Assembly (NCBI GenBank): GCA_043800695.1
Contig: JAZDMU010000019.1
Span: forward strand, 84,364 to 148,363
Direction: 5' to 3'
Source: Bacteroidota bacterium
GTDB lineage: Bacteria > Bacteroidota > Bacteroidia > Bacteroidales > VadinHA17
Length of the DNA: 64,000 nucleotides
The notes under the pieces are model-generated. The model had not been told where the DNA came from and did no database searches. It worked only from the letters and a program-made list of their open reading frames with translations. The position numbers and the translations under genes were made by a program. This document shows positions 18,289 to 26,924 of the stretch, piece by piece; the stretch's first letter is position 1, and every line of letters begins with the position of its first letter.

Positions 18289-19587
18289 ATGAAGTATTCT
18301 TCGTTGTTTCTGATTATAGTCTCCCTGCTGCCTGCTCTTTCATGCCGCAACGGCACGAACCGCGGAGTTCCCGGGACGTATTTCATCGATGCTCAGAGAG
18401 GCGACGACAAAAACAACGGAGAATCACGACATCCGGTCAGGACTCTTGCCAGGCTTAATGAACTTATTTCAGTTGAACTGAAGAATGTTTCCCTGGCGGG
18501 GGGACAGGTTTATGAAGGAACCCTTATCGTAAAGGATAAAGAAGCTGATCCGGGGAATCCTGTATTAATAAGTTCCACCGGACGGGAAAGAGCCGTAATA
18601 AATGGCGGAAACGGAGAGGCAGTGCGGATAGAGAACTGCAGGAATATCAGGGTAACAAATATTGATATAAAAGGAAATGGAAGGAAGACCGGGAATACAA
18701 CAAATGGATTTGCCCTTGTCAGATCTTCAGATTGTTCAGTAGAATACCTGAGGGCGGAAGGATTTCAGAAATCAGGCATCGACCTGTATGATTGCAGGAA
18801 TTGCGAAGTAAAAAGAGTCCTGGCTGCTGACAACGGATTCTGCGGGATAAACATAATGGGATCATCATATGAAACCTCAGGCAAAATACTGGTACAGGAC
18901 TGCATGGCTGAAAACAATGCCGGTGACCCGACGATACTTGATAACCACAGCGGAAACGGGATCCTCGTCGGGGTATCTGACAGCGTGATCATCGACCGCT
19001 GCAGGGCAACCGGCAACGGATGGGATATGCCGAGGCTGGGTAACGGGCCTGTTGGAATATGGGCCTGGCAGAGTGATCATGTGATCATCCAGTATTGCAT
19101 AAGCTACGGGAACAGGACCTCCCCCGGGGCAAAGGACGGAGGAGGGTTTGATCTTGACGGCGGCGTGACCAATTCAATCGTTCAGTTCTGTATCTCATAT
19201 GGCAACGAGGGAGCAGGCTACGGTCTTTTTCAGTACCCGGGAGCCTCCGTCTGGTCAGATAATATAATAAGGTATTGTATCAGCTGCAATGATGCAAATA
19301 CTACGGAGGGGGCAGGCAGTATTTTTCTCTGGAATGGATCCAATGAGAAAAGCCAGCTGACAAATTGCAGGATACACAATAATATAATCTATAATTCCAA
19401 AGCACCGGCAATCAGTTTTGAAAATGCCTCGCTCCATGAGGATTTTGAGTTCAGAAGAAATATCTTCATATATTCCGGCAGTCGTTTTTCAGGTGTAAAC
19501 TCGGGTAGTTCCTTTTCCGGCAATCTGTGGCTTAATGCAAACCGTCAAAATAAAACGGGAGGGGATCCGCATCGTCGGGATTTATGA
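18289..19587 (+). CDS. lipoprotein with right-handed parallel beta-helix repeats (uncharacterised putative glycan-active enzyme)
   Basis: Lipobox PALSCRNG. Shows a repeated PbH1-like periodicity: NIRVTNIDIKGNG, CEVKRVLAADNGFCGINI, NHSGNGILVGVSDSVIIDRC, HVIIQYCISYGN, GGGFDLDGGVTNSIVQFCISYGNEGAGYG. Confidence 0.65.
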   Translation: MKYSSLFLIIVSLLPALSCRNGTNRGVPGTYFIDAQRGDDKNNGESRHPVRTLARLNELISVELKNVSLAGGQVYEGTLIVKDKEADPGNPVLISSTGRERAVINGGNGEAVRIENCRNIRVTNIDIKGNGRKTGNTTNGFALVRSSDCSVEYLRAEGFQKSGIDLYDCRNCEVKRVLAADNGFCGINIMGSSYETSGKILVQDCMAENNAGDPTILDNHSGNGILVGVSDSVIIDRCRATGNGWDMPRLGNGPVGIWAWQSDHVIIQYCISYGNRTSPGAKDGGGFDLDGGVTNSIVQFCISYGNEGAGYGLFQYPGASVWSDNIIRYCISCNDANTTEGAGSIFLWNGSNEKSQLTNCRIHNNIIYNSKAPAISFENASLHEDFEFRRNIFIYSGSRFSGVNSGSSFSGNLWLNANRQNKTGGDPHRRDL

Positions 19588-19648
19588 TATTGGCTGAAGG
19601 ATCATGTTCAAAAAATATTATTTTTGAGAAGGAGGATTTTAAGAGACC

Positions 19649-20800
19649 ATGAAGAGTTATTTTATATTCAGACCATCAGTACAGGGAAGCATCGGGGACG
19701 AATGGAATCAGTGTCTGATTCAATTGACCAGGACAATTAAAGGAGGATACAGACCTCTTAAGCTTAATGTTTTTATTTCCGTTTCAGAAAATCAGGATTA
19801 CCTGAATGCAAGGCAGATGATACTCAGGAGCATCGTCAATGAACTCAAAGACAAGTCTCCCGCTGTCAGCATCACGGTTCATCCCCCGTTCAAACCGTGG
19901 AAAGTATCCGTCGAAGCTCTTTTTCTGGTACCGGGTTACGATATTGCTGAAACAAGGTTTTATGAATCGATGCCTTATGTGGTAATAAACAACAGCTGGG
20001 GAAAAGAGATATGGGGTGCAGGCTCAGGAAGCGGATTCTTCTCCGGGGATATAAGGAAAGCCTCTGAGAATGCCTTTGATGAAGCAGTATCTCTTCTGGC
20101 AGCTGAAGGGATGACCCTTAACAATATAATACGCCAGTGGAACTATGTGGGAAACATACTGGCAATACGGAATGGTTTGCAGCATTACCAGGTTTTCAAT
20201 GAAGTGAGAAGCGAATACTATGCCAGGTACAGGACAGTTACAGGCTATCCTGCAGCTACAGGAATTGGATTGAAATCAGAAAGCGTGATAATCGATTTCT
20301 GCGCAGTGATGCCTGATGCGACAGTGAAGATCAGCGGTTTGAGCAATCCTGACCAGGTAAACGCCTATGAATATGGACAGAAAGTCCTGAAAGGTATAAC
20401 AGATCCGGCAAAACCCCGAAAACAACCGCCCCAGTTTGAGCGTGCACTGATTGTAGCATCCGAAGGCAAAGCAGTCCTGTACATATCCGGCACAGCTTCA
20501 ATCAAAGGGCAGGAAACCATAGGTAAAAATAATGTGAAGGAACAAACGCTTGTTACCCTGGAAAATATCACCAGACTGACAGAAGCTGAAAGAATTAATC
20601 AGGTATTGACTGAATCATCGGAGTATTCACTCAATTACAGTCTGCTGAGGGTTTACATCAAACGCCAGGAAGATTTTAATATTGTTAGGTCAGTATGTGA
20701 AGAGAGGTTGCCCGGGATTCCAATGATATTCATTGAAGCTGACGTTTGCCGGAATGATCTTCTTGTCGAGATTGAAGCTGAGATTCAGATCCATTACTGA
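19649..20800 (+). CDS. FkbO/Hyg5/XanB2-type chorismatase-like (RidA/YjgF-fold) protein, cytoplasmic
   Basis: No signal peptide. Has WNYVGNIL...YQVFNEVRSEYY...GYPAATGIG...NPDQVNAYEY...FERALIV...LYISGTASIKGQETIGKNNVKEQTLVTLENI, which matches my memory of the chorismatase family signature. Confidence 0.6.
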   Translation: MKSYFIFRPSVQGSIGDEWNQCLIQLTRTIKGGYRPLKLNVFISVSENQDYLNARQMILRSIVNELKDKSPAVSITVHPPFKPWKVSVEALFLVPGYDIAETRFYESMPYVVINNSWGKEIWGAGSGSGFFSGDIRKASENAFDEAVSLLAAEGMTLNNIIRQWNYVGNILAIRNGLQHYQVFNEVRSEYYARYRTVTGYPAATGIGLKSESVIIDFCAVMPDATVKISGLSNPDQVNAYEYGQKVLKGITDPAKPRKQPPQFERALIVASEGKAVLYISGTASIKGQETIGKNNVKEQTLVTLENITRLTEAERINQVLTESSEYSLNYSLLRVYIKRQEDFNIVRSVCEERLPGIPMIFIEADVCRNDLLVEIEAEIQIHY

Positions 20801-20803
20801 AAA

Positions 20804-23656
20804 ATGAAAAAAATATTATTTCTGGTATTGGGAGGTCTATTCATTGCAGGTTGCTCTTCGCAGCAGTGGCAAGAAACATCCTCCGGGATTATTGTAAACC
20901 TCAAGGGCAAGCAAGGCTCGGACGCAAAGAAAATAAAGCTTGACGTCATCAGCGAAAATATAATTCATGTTACCGCATCCCCTGAATCTGAATTTTCGAA
21001 GAATAAAAGCCTTATCGTTGCAGATAACAGGGACCTTTCCGTTGCTGCATTCACGACTGAAGCTGAGGGTGACAGTGTGACACTCTACGCATCAAGGATC
21101 AATGTGAGGCTCTCTCTCCGGTCAGGCGGAATGGTTTTCTATGACAAGGAGTTCAATGTCCTTCTTAAGGAACCAGGGAACGGAGGGAAGTCCTTTAAAC
21201 CATATTCAGTGGAGGGAACTGACGGCTATTCGTTATGCCAGGTATTCGAATCACCTGACGACGAAGCCATTTACGGCCTGGGGCAGCACCAGTCGGATGA
21301 GTTTAACTACAAGGGACTGAATGAAACCCTGTACCAGTATAATACCAAAGTTTCAATACCATTCCTGGTTTCAAACAGGAATTATGGTATCCTCTGGGAT
21401 AATTATTCACTTACAAAATTCGGCGATCAGAGGGATTATTCGCAGATGGATATGTTCACTCTTATTGATGAGAACGGTGAAGAGGGAGGATTGACAGCAA
21501 CTTATTATATTGACTCCGATACAAATAAGATATTTATTAAGAGGCAGGAATCACATATTGATTATGAGAATATTGAAACTGTAAGGAACTTTCCTGAGAA
21601 ATTTCCTCTTTACGGTTCAACAGTTACCTGGACAGGAAAGATTGAACCAAAGGAAAGCGGGCTTTTTCACTTTAAGCTATACTATGCAGGATACACGAAA
21701 TTATTCATTGATGATGAACCTGTTGTTGCAGAAAGATGGAGGACAGCTTGGAATCCAAATACCTTCAAATTCAGAAAGGAGATGGAAAAAGGGAAGAAGT
21801 ACTCCATCAGGATAGAATGGCAGCCTGACGGCGGAATTTCATATATAGGACTTAAAGCTCTGAGTCCGCGAACCCCTTCTGAGCAGGGCAATATCTCGCT
21901 CTGGTCGGAAATGGGAGACCAGATAGATTATTATTTTATTAAAGGAGATAACTTGGATGAGGTGATAAGCGGTTACAGGTATGTTACCGGCAAAGCCCCG
22001 ATAATGCCGCTTTGGGCACTGGGCTTCTGGCAGAGCCGCGAACGGTACAAGTCTCAGACCGAACTGCTTGATGTTGTTAAAGAGTACCGGAAGCGCAACA
22101 TCCCCCTTGATAATATTGTTTTAGACTGGTCGTACTGGCCGGTTGATTCATGGGGGTCGCATGAATTTGATCCGAAGTTCTTCCCCGATCCCAAAGGAAT
22201 GGTGGATGAAGTTCACCGGCTTAATGCTAAGATTATGATCTCCGTGTGGCCCAAATTCTATTATACTACTGAGCATTTCAGGGAATTTGACAGGAAGGGC
22301 TGGATGTACCGCCAGGCTGTGAACGACAGCGTAAGAGACTGGATAGGAGATGGTTACATAGGCTCGTTCTATGATGCCTACAGCCCGGGAGCCCGTGAGC
22401 TCTTCTGGAACCAGATGAAGGAGCATCTTTATTCAAAGGGATTTGATGCCTGGTGGATGGACGCCTCCGAACCTGACATCCTCTCAAATTCAGGCATTGA
22501 GTACCGTAAAAAACTCTCCACGCCAACGGCTCTTGGTCCTTCGACAAAATACTTCAATACATATGCCCTGGTCAACGCCATGGCTATCTATAACGGCCAG
22601 CGCTCGGCTAATCCTGATACCAGGGTCTTTCTGCTGACAAGATCTGGTTTCGCCGGATTGCAGAGGTATTCCACTGCGACCTGGAGCGGCGATATTGGAA
22701 CACGGTGGGAAGACATGAAGTCACAGATCCCGGCCGGGCTTAATTATTCGCTTTCAGGGATTCCCTGGTGGACATTTGATATCGGGGGATTCTGCGTTGA
22801 AGGAAGATACACCAGGGCGCAGGAGGGATCGGAGGATCTTGAGGAGTGGAGGGAGCTTAATACGCGCTGGTTCCAGTTCGGTTCCTTCTGCCCTCTCTTC
22901 AGGAGCCACGGGCAATATCCTTACCGCGAGATATTTAATATCTCTCCTGAAGGTCATCCTGCTTATAGAAGCATGGTTTATTACGACAGGCTCAGGTATT
23001 ACCTGATGCCATATATTTATTCGCTTGCAGGGCTGACTTATTTCAACGATTACACGATAATGCGCGCAATGTTGATGGATTTCGGCAGTGACAAAAAAGT
23101 CGAAAGCATCGGCGACCAGTATATGTTCGGTCCGTCAATACTTGTTGCTCCTGTCTACAGATACAAGGCAATATCAAGAGAAGTATATCTTCCTGAAACA
23201 TGCGGCTGGTATGATCTGTACACAGGAAAATATTTTGCAGGCGGGCAGACTCTGAAAGCAGATGCCCCATATGAGCGGATGCCATTATTTGTTAAGGAAG
23301 GATCAATAATCCCGGCCGGACCGGCAATACAGTTCACTGATGAAAAGCCTGCAGATCCGGTGACTCTTTTTGTTTATACAGGGAGGGATTGCGCATTCAC
23401 GCTTTACGAGGATGAAGGCACAAATTACAATTACGAACAGGGCAGGTGGAGTTCAATAAAATTCAGTTTCAACAATAACACCGGGAACCTTAAAATAGGA
23501 GAGAGGCAGGGTGAATACGATGGTATGCTGAGGTCGAGGACTTTTAATATTGTTTGGATAACCAAAGATAAACCCGTGGCATTTGACCCGGAGGCACACT
23601 CTCAGACATCAGTAAATTATACCGGCGGGGAAATTATAATTAATAAATCAAAATAA
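20804..23656 (+). CDS. GH31 alpha-xylosidase/alpha-glucosidase lipoprotein with an inserted PA14 domain
   Basis: Lipobox FIAGCSS. The PA14-like segment reads GGLTATYYIDSD...FHFKLYYAGYTKLFIDDEPV...KKYSIRIEW. The GH31 catalytic blocks are AWWMDASEPD and TWSGDI. Confidence 0.88.
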   Translation: MKKILFLVLGGLFIAGCSSQQWQETSSGIIVNLKGKQGSDAKKIKLDVISENIIHVTASPESEFSKNKSLIVADNRDLSVAAFTTEAEGDSVTLYASRINVRLSLRSGGMVFYDKEFNVLLKEPGNGGKSFKPYSVEGTDGYSLCQVFESPDDEAIYGLGQHQSDEFNYKGLNETLYQYNTKVSIPFLVSNRNYGILWDNYSLTKFGDQRDYSQMDMFTLIDENGEEGGLTATYYIDSDTNKIFIKRQESHIDYENIETVRNFPEKFPLYGSTVTWTGKIEPKESGLFHFKLYYAGYTKLFIDDEPVVAERWRTAWNPNTFKFRKEMEKGKKYSIRIEWQPDGGISYIGLKALSPRTPSEQGNISLWSEMGDQIDYYFIKGDNLDEVISGYRYVTGKAPIMPLWALGFWQSRERYKSQTELLDVVKEYRKRNIPLDNIVLDWSYWPVDSWGSHEFDPKFFPDPKGMVDEVHRLNAKIMISVWPKFYYTTEHFREFDRKGWMYRQAVNDSVRDWIGDGYIGSFYDAYSPGARELFWNQMKEHLYSKGFDAWWMDASEPDILSNSGIEYRKKLSTPTALGPSTKYFNTYALVNAMAIYNGQRSANPDTRVFLLTRSGFAGLQRYSTATWSGDIGTRWEDMKSQIPAGLNYSLSGIPWWTFDIGGFCVEGRYTRAQEGSEDLEEWRELNTRWFQFGSFCPLFRSHGQYPYREIFNISPEGHPAYRSMVYYDRLRYYLMPYIYSLAGLTYFNDYTIMRAMLMDFGSDKKVESIGDQYMFGPSILVAPVYRYKAISREVYLPETCGWYDLYTGKYFAGGQTLKADAPYERMPLFVKEGSIIPAGPAIQFTDEKPADPVTLFVYTGRDCAFTLYEDEGTNYNYEQGRWSSIKFSFNNNTGNLKIGERQGEYDGMLRSRTFNIVWITKDKPVAFDPEAHSQTSVNYTGGEIIINKSK

Positions 23657-23657
23657 A

Positions 23658-25670
23658 ATGAAAAGAACATTTCTTTATTTGGTACTGCTGGCAATACTGG
23701 TGTCAGCATGTCAGAAAACACCATCTCACCTGGTGCTGCCTTCACTTATCGGTGATGACATGATTCTTCAGCAGAATACAAATGCGAAAATCTGGGGCAA
23801 AGCCTCTCCCGGACATAAAATAGATGTTGTTGCCAGCTGGGACCAGGAGACCTCAGCAAAAACCGGAAAAGATGGGAAATGGTCAGTGACAATACCTGCT
23901 CCTTCAGCAGGAGGTCCTTATACAATGACGATCTCCGCGAAGGACACAAGCATTATAATCTATAATATACTTGCCGGCGAAGTTTGGTTCTGCTCCGGGC
24001 AATCGAACATGGAGATGCCTCTTGCAGGATGGCCCCCAAATGATTCCATAACAAATTCGGCAGGAGAAATAGAATCGGCCGGTATTCCTGCGATACGTCT
24101 TTTTAATGTTCAGAGGAAGATATCAGGGGAGCCCCTTGATGAATGTACAGGTAAATGGGAAATATGCAGTCCATCAACGGTTTCGCAGTTCAGCGCAACC
24201 GCATACTTGTTCGGAAGGAAGCTTTATGATGAGCTTCATATCCCGATAGGACTTATCGAATCAGCATGGGGAGGAACCCCTGCAGAATCGTGGATATCTG
24301 CACCTTCGCTTGAAAGTAATGGAGAGTTCGTTGAGCAGATAAAGGCAATAGAGGAGTCAATCCCATTGCAGGTTGAATACGAGAAATGGCTTGCCGGGCA
24401 CAGGCAGGTTGAGATAGCAGCATCGGGGGATGATCAGTGGAAGAGCCTGGATTTTGGGGATGGAGGCGTTCCTTCACCTGAATTTGATGATTCTTCATGG
24501 CCCGCAATGGATCTTCCTTCCCAGTTTGAAAAGGCTACCGGCGACTTTGATGGAGCTGTCTGGTTCCGTAAGAAGATCGATCTGCCTTCTGCCTGGACAG
24601 GGAAAGACCTTGTTCTCTCACTGGGACCTATCGATGATATGGACCGGACATATTTCAACGGTACTCTCGTCGGAGCTATCGAAGAGGGCGGACACTGGCA
24701 GGTGTTGAGGGAATATGATATTCCGGGAGAACTGGTAAATGAAGGGGGAAATATAGTTTCCGTCAGAGTAATTGATAATCAGGGAGGCGGAGGTATTTAC
24801 GGTATGCCGGGAACGATGAAAATTGCAGTCAATGGAAGCAGGCAGGCTCCTTTAAATCTTGAAGGGGAATGGAAATACCAGGCTGCGGCAGAATGGACAG
24901 GAAGCAGATTCTATGTGTTTGATTTATCGCAGAGTGAGTTCCTTGCGAAGAAAAGGCCGGTTTCCCTGAGCGCCTATTCTCCTTCAACACTTTTTAATGC
25001 TATGGTTAATCCTGCAGTTAACTACCAGATCAAGGGTGCCATCTGGTACCAGGGGGAATCAAATGTCGGACGGCATGAACAATATAAGAAGATCTTCCCG
25101 CTGATGATACAGAACTGGCGTGAGGCATGGGGCATAAAGGATTTCCCCTTCTATTTCGTCCAGATCGCACCTTACGTCTATTCGCACGTTGATTCCACTG
25201 AATCGGCATATCTCCGTGAAGCCCAGGAGTCTGCGCTTGCGCTGCCGGCCACAGGAATGGCGGTCACACTCGACATTGCAACTGTGATGAACATCCACCC
25301 GCCCGACAAAAAAAGCGTTGGAGACCGCCTTTCGGCTCTGGCTCTTGCAAATGATTATGGAAAGAAAATTCCGGCCAATGGTCCGGTCTATAAATCCGTG
25401 ACTGTGGACGGAAGCAGAATAAGGATAAGCTTTGATAATACAGAGGGAGGGTTAAAAGCTGAAAACGGACGGCTCAGGGAATTTGAGATTGCGGGCAGCG
25501 ACGGGAAATATGTCATCGCAACAGCAGGCATTGACGGTAACGAAGTGGTGGTCTACTCTCCCCTGGTAACTGAACCCGTCTCCGTGAGATATTGCTGGAG
25601 GAACGGTGCTGAGGCTTCGCTGTTCAACGGAGAGGGACTCCCTGCATGGCAGTTCAGGACAAGGAAATAA
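23658..25670 (+). CDS. SASA-family (sialate O-acetylesterase-like) carbohydrate esterase lipoprotein
   Basis: Lipobox LVSACQ. SGNH-like block VWFCSGQSNMEMPL, plus WGGTPAESW and AIWYQGESN. There is a central galactose-binding-like insertion. Confidence 0.85.
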   Translation: MKRTFLYLVLLAILVSACQKTPSHLVLPSLIGDDMILQQNTNAKIWGKASPGHKIDVVASWDQETSAKTGKDGKWSVTIPAPSAGGPYTMTISAKDTSIIIYNILAGEVWFCSGQSNMEMPLAGWPPNDSITNSAGEIESAGIPAIRLFNVQRKISGEPLDECTGKWEICSPSTVSQFSATAYLFGRKLYDELHIPIGLIESAWGGTPAESWISAPSLESNGEFVEQIKAIEESIPLQVEYEKWLAGHRQVEIAASGDDQWKSLDFGDGGVPSPEFDDSSWPAMDLPSQFEKATGDFDGAVWFRKKIDLPSAWTGKDLVLSLGPIDDMDRTYFNGTLVGAIEEGGHWQVLREYDIPGELVNEGGNIVSVRVIDNQGGGGIYGMPGTMKIAVNGSRQAPLNLEGEWKYQAAAEWTGSRFYVFDLSQSEFLAKKRPVSLSAYSPSTLFNAMVNPAVNYQIKGAIWYQGESNVGRHEQYKKIFPLMIQNWREAWGIKDFPFYFVQIAPYVYSHVDSTESAYLREAQESALALPATGMAVTLDIATVMNIHPPDKKSVGDRLSALALANDYGKKIPANGPVYKSVTVDGSRIRISFDNTEGGLKAENGRLREFEIAGSDGKYVIATAGIDGNEVVVYSPLVTEPVSVRYCWRNGAEASLFNGEGLPAWQFRTRK

Positions 25671-25733
25671 ATACAAGATACAAGATAAAAGATACAAGAT
25701 ACAAGATACGAGATACAAGATAAAAGATAAAAG
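25671..25733. repeat. nine tandem 7-bp units (ATACAAG and variants) making up the entire spacer before galM
   Basis: The units in order are ATACAAG x2, ATAAAAG, ATACAAG x2, ATACGAG, ATACAAG, ATAAAAG x2. The array begins at the base after the esterase TAA (25668-25670) and ends at the base before the galM ATG (25734). Confidence 0.95.
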
Positions 25734-26843
25734 ATGAAAAAGATAGCTTACCTGGCTGTTATCATGCTGGTGTCGGGATCGGTATTTATCGCCTGCAATC
25801 CAAAATCAGGCAGCAGTGATAAGGTAATAAAAGAAAGCTGGGGGACACATAAGGACAGGGATGTTTTCCTGTTCACCCTTACAAACAGTAATGGAAATAC
25901 TCTGAAACTTACCAATTATGGCGCAAGGATAACAGGGATCGAGGTGCCTGACAGGGAAGGCGCAAAGGCAAATGTCACTTTCGGATTTGATACTTTTGAA
26001 GAGACACAGAAGGGTGATCCCTTCTTTGGTGCCACTGTCGGACGATATGCGAACAGGATAGCTAAGGCGAAGTTCACTATTGACGGAACGGAGCACACAC
26101 TTGCACTGAATAACATTCCGAACGCGCTGCATGGAGGCCCGGGAGGCTGGCACAGCGTCGTCTGGGATGCCGAGATCCTTGAAAAGACAGAATCCCCATC
26201 GGTAAGGTTCACTTATAAAAGTCCCGACATGGAGGAGGGGTATCCGGGCAATATGGATGTTGATGTCACCTACACCTGGACCGGCAGCAATGAGATAATA
26301 ATGGATTACAAATGCACCACTGATAAAAAAACAATTCTGAACATCACAAATCATGCCTATTTCAATCTGCATGGTGCGGGCACAGGCGACATCCTTGATC
26401 ACCAGCTTACCATCAATGCATCATCATTTACGCCGGTTGATTCAACACTTATTCCTACAGGTGAGATAAGGCCGGTTTCCGGAACTCCGCTCGATTTCAC
26501 CACTCCTCATACTGTTGGTGAAAGGATTGGTGAAGATTATGAGCAGCTTAAATTCGGAGGAGGTTATGACCATAATTTTGTGATTGATAATAACGGGGAG
26601 GTGGACGCAACTGTTTATGATCCTCTATCAGGCAGGGTGCTGGAAGTGATTACCGACCAGCCCGGGCTGCAGTTCTACTGCGGCAATTTTCTGAACGGAA
26701 ACCCCTATAATTACAGGTCGGGTTTATGCCTTGAATCACAGCATTATCCTGACAGCCCCAATAAGCCCGGGTTTCCGTCAACGATCCTGAATCCGGGTGA
26801 TACTTTTACATCCCGTACTATTTACAGGTTCTCTGCAAGGTAG
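25734..26843 (+). CDS. galM: aldose 1-epimerase (mutarotase) with a lipoprotein signal
   Basis: Lipobox VFIACNPKS. Has GATVGRYANRIAKAKFTIDGTEHTLALNNIPNALHGGPGGW and NITNHAYFNL. Confidence 0.9.
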   Translation: MKKIAYLAVIMLVSGSVFIACNPKSGSSDKVIKESWGTHKDRDVFLFTLTNSNGNTLKLTNYGARITGIEVPDREGAKANVTFGFDTFEETQKGDPFFGATVGRYANRIAKAKFTIDGTEHTLALNNIPNALHGGPGGWHSVVWDAEILEKTESPSVRFTYKSPDMEEGYPGNMDVDVTYTWTGSNEIIMDYKCTTDKKTILNITNHAYFNLHGAGTGDILDHQLTINASSFTPVDSTLIPTGEIRPVSGTPLDFTTPHTVGERIGEDYEQLKFGGGYDHNFVIDNNGEVDATVYDPLSGRVLEVITDQPGLQFYCGNFLNGNPYNYRSGLCLESQHYPDSPNKPGFPSTILNPGDTFTSRTIYRFSAR

Positions 26844-26924
26844 TTCCTGATATAATGCTGAATTAATTATAATGTATAAATGACAGTAGTGAGGTATGAT
26901 GAGGAAAAAATAATAACTGCTCCA

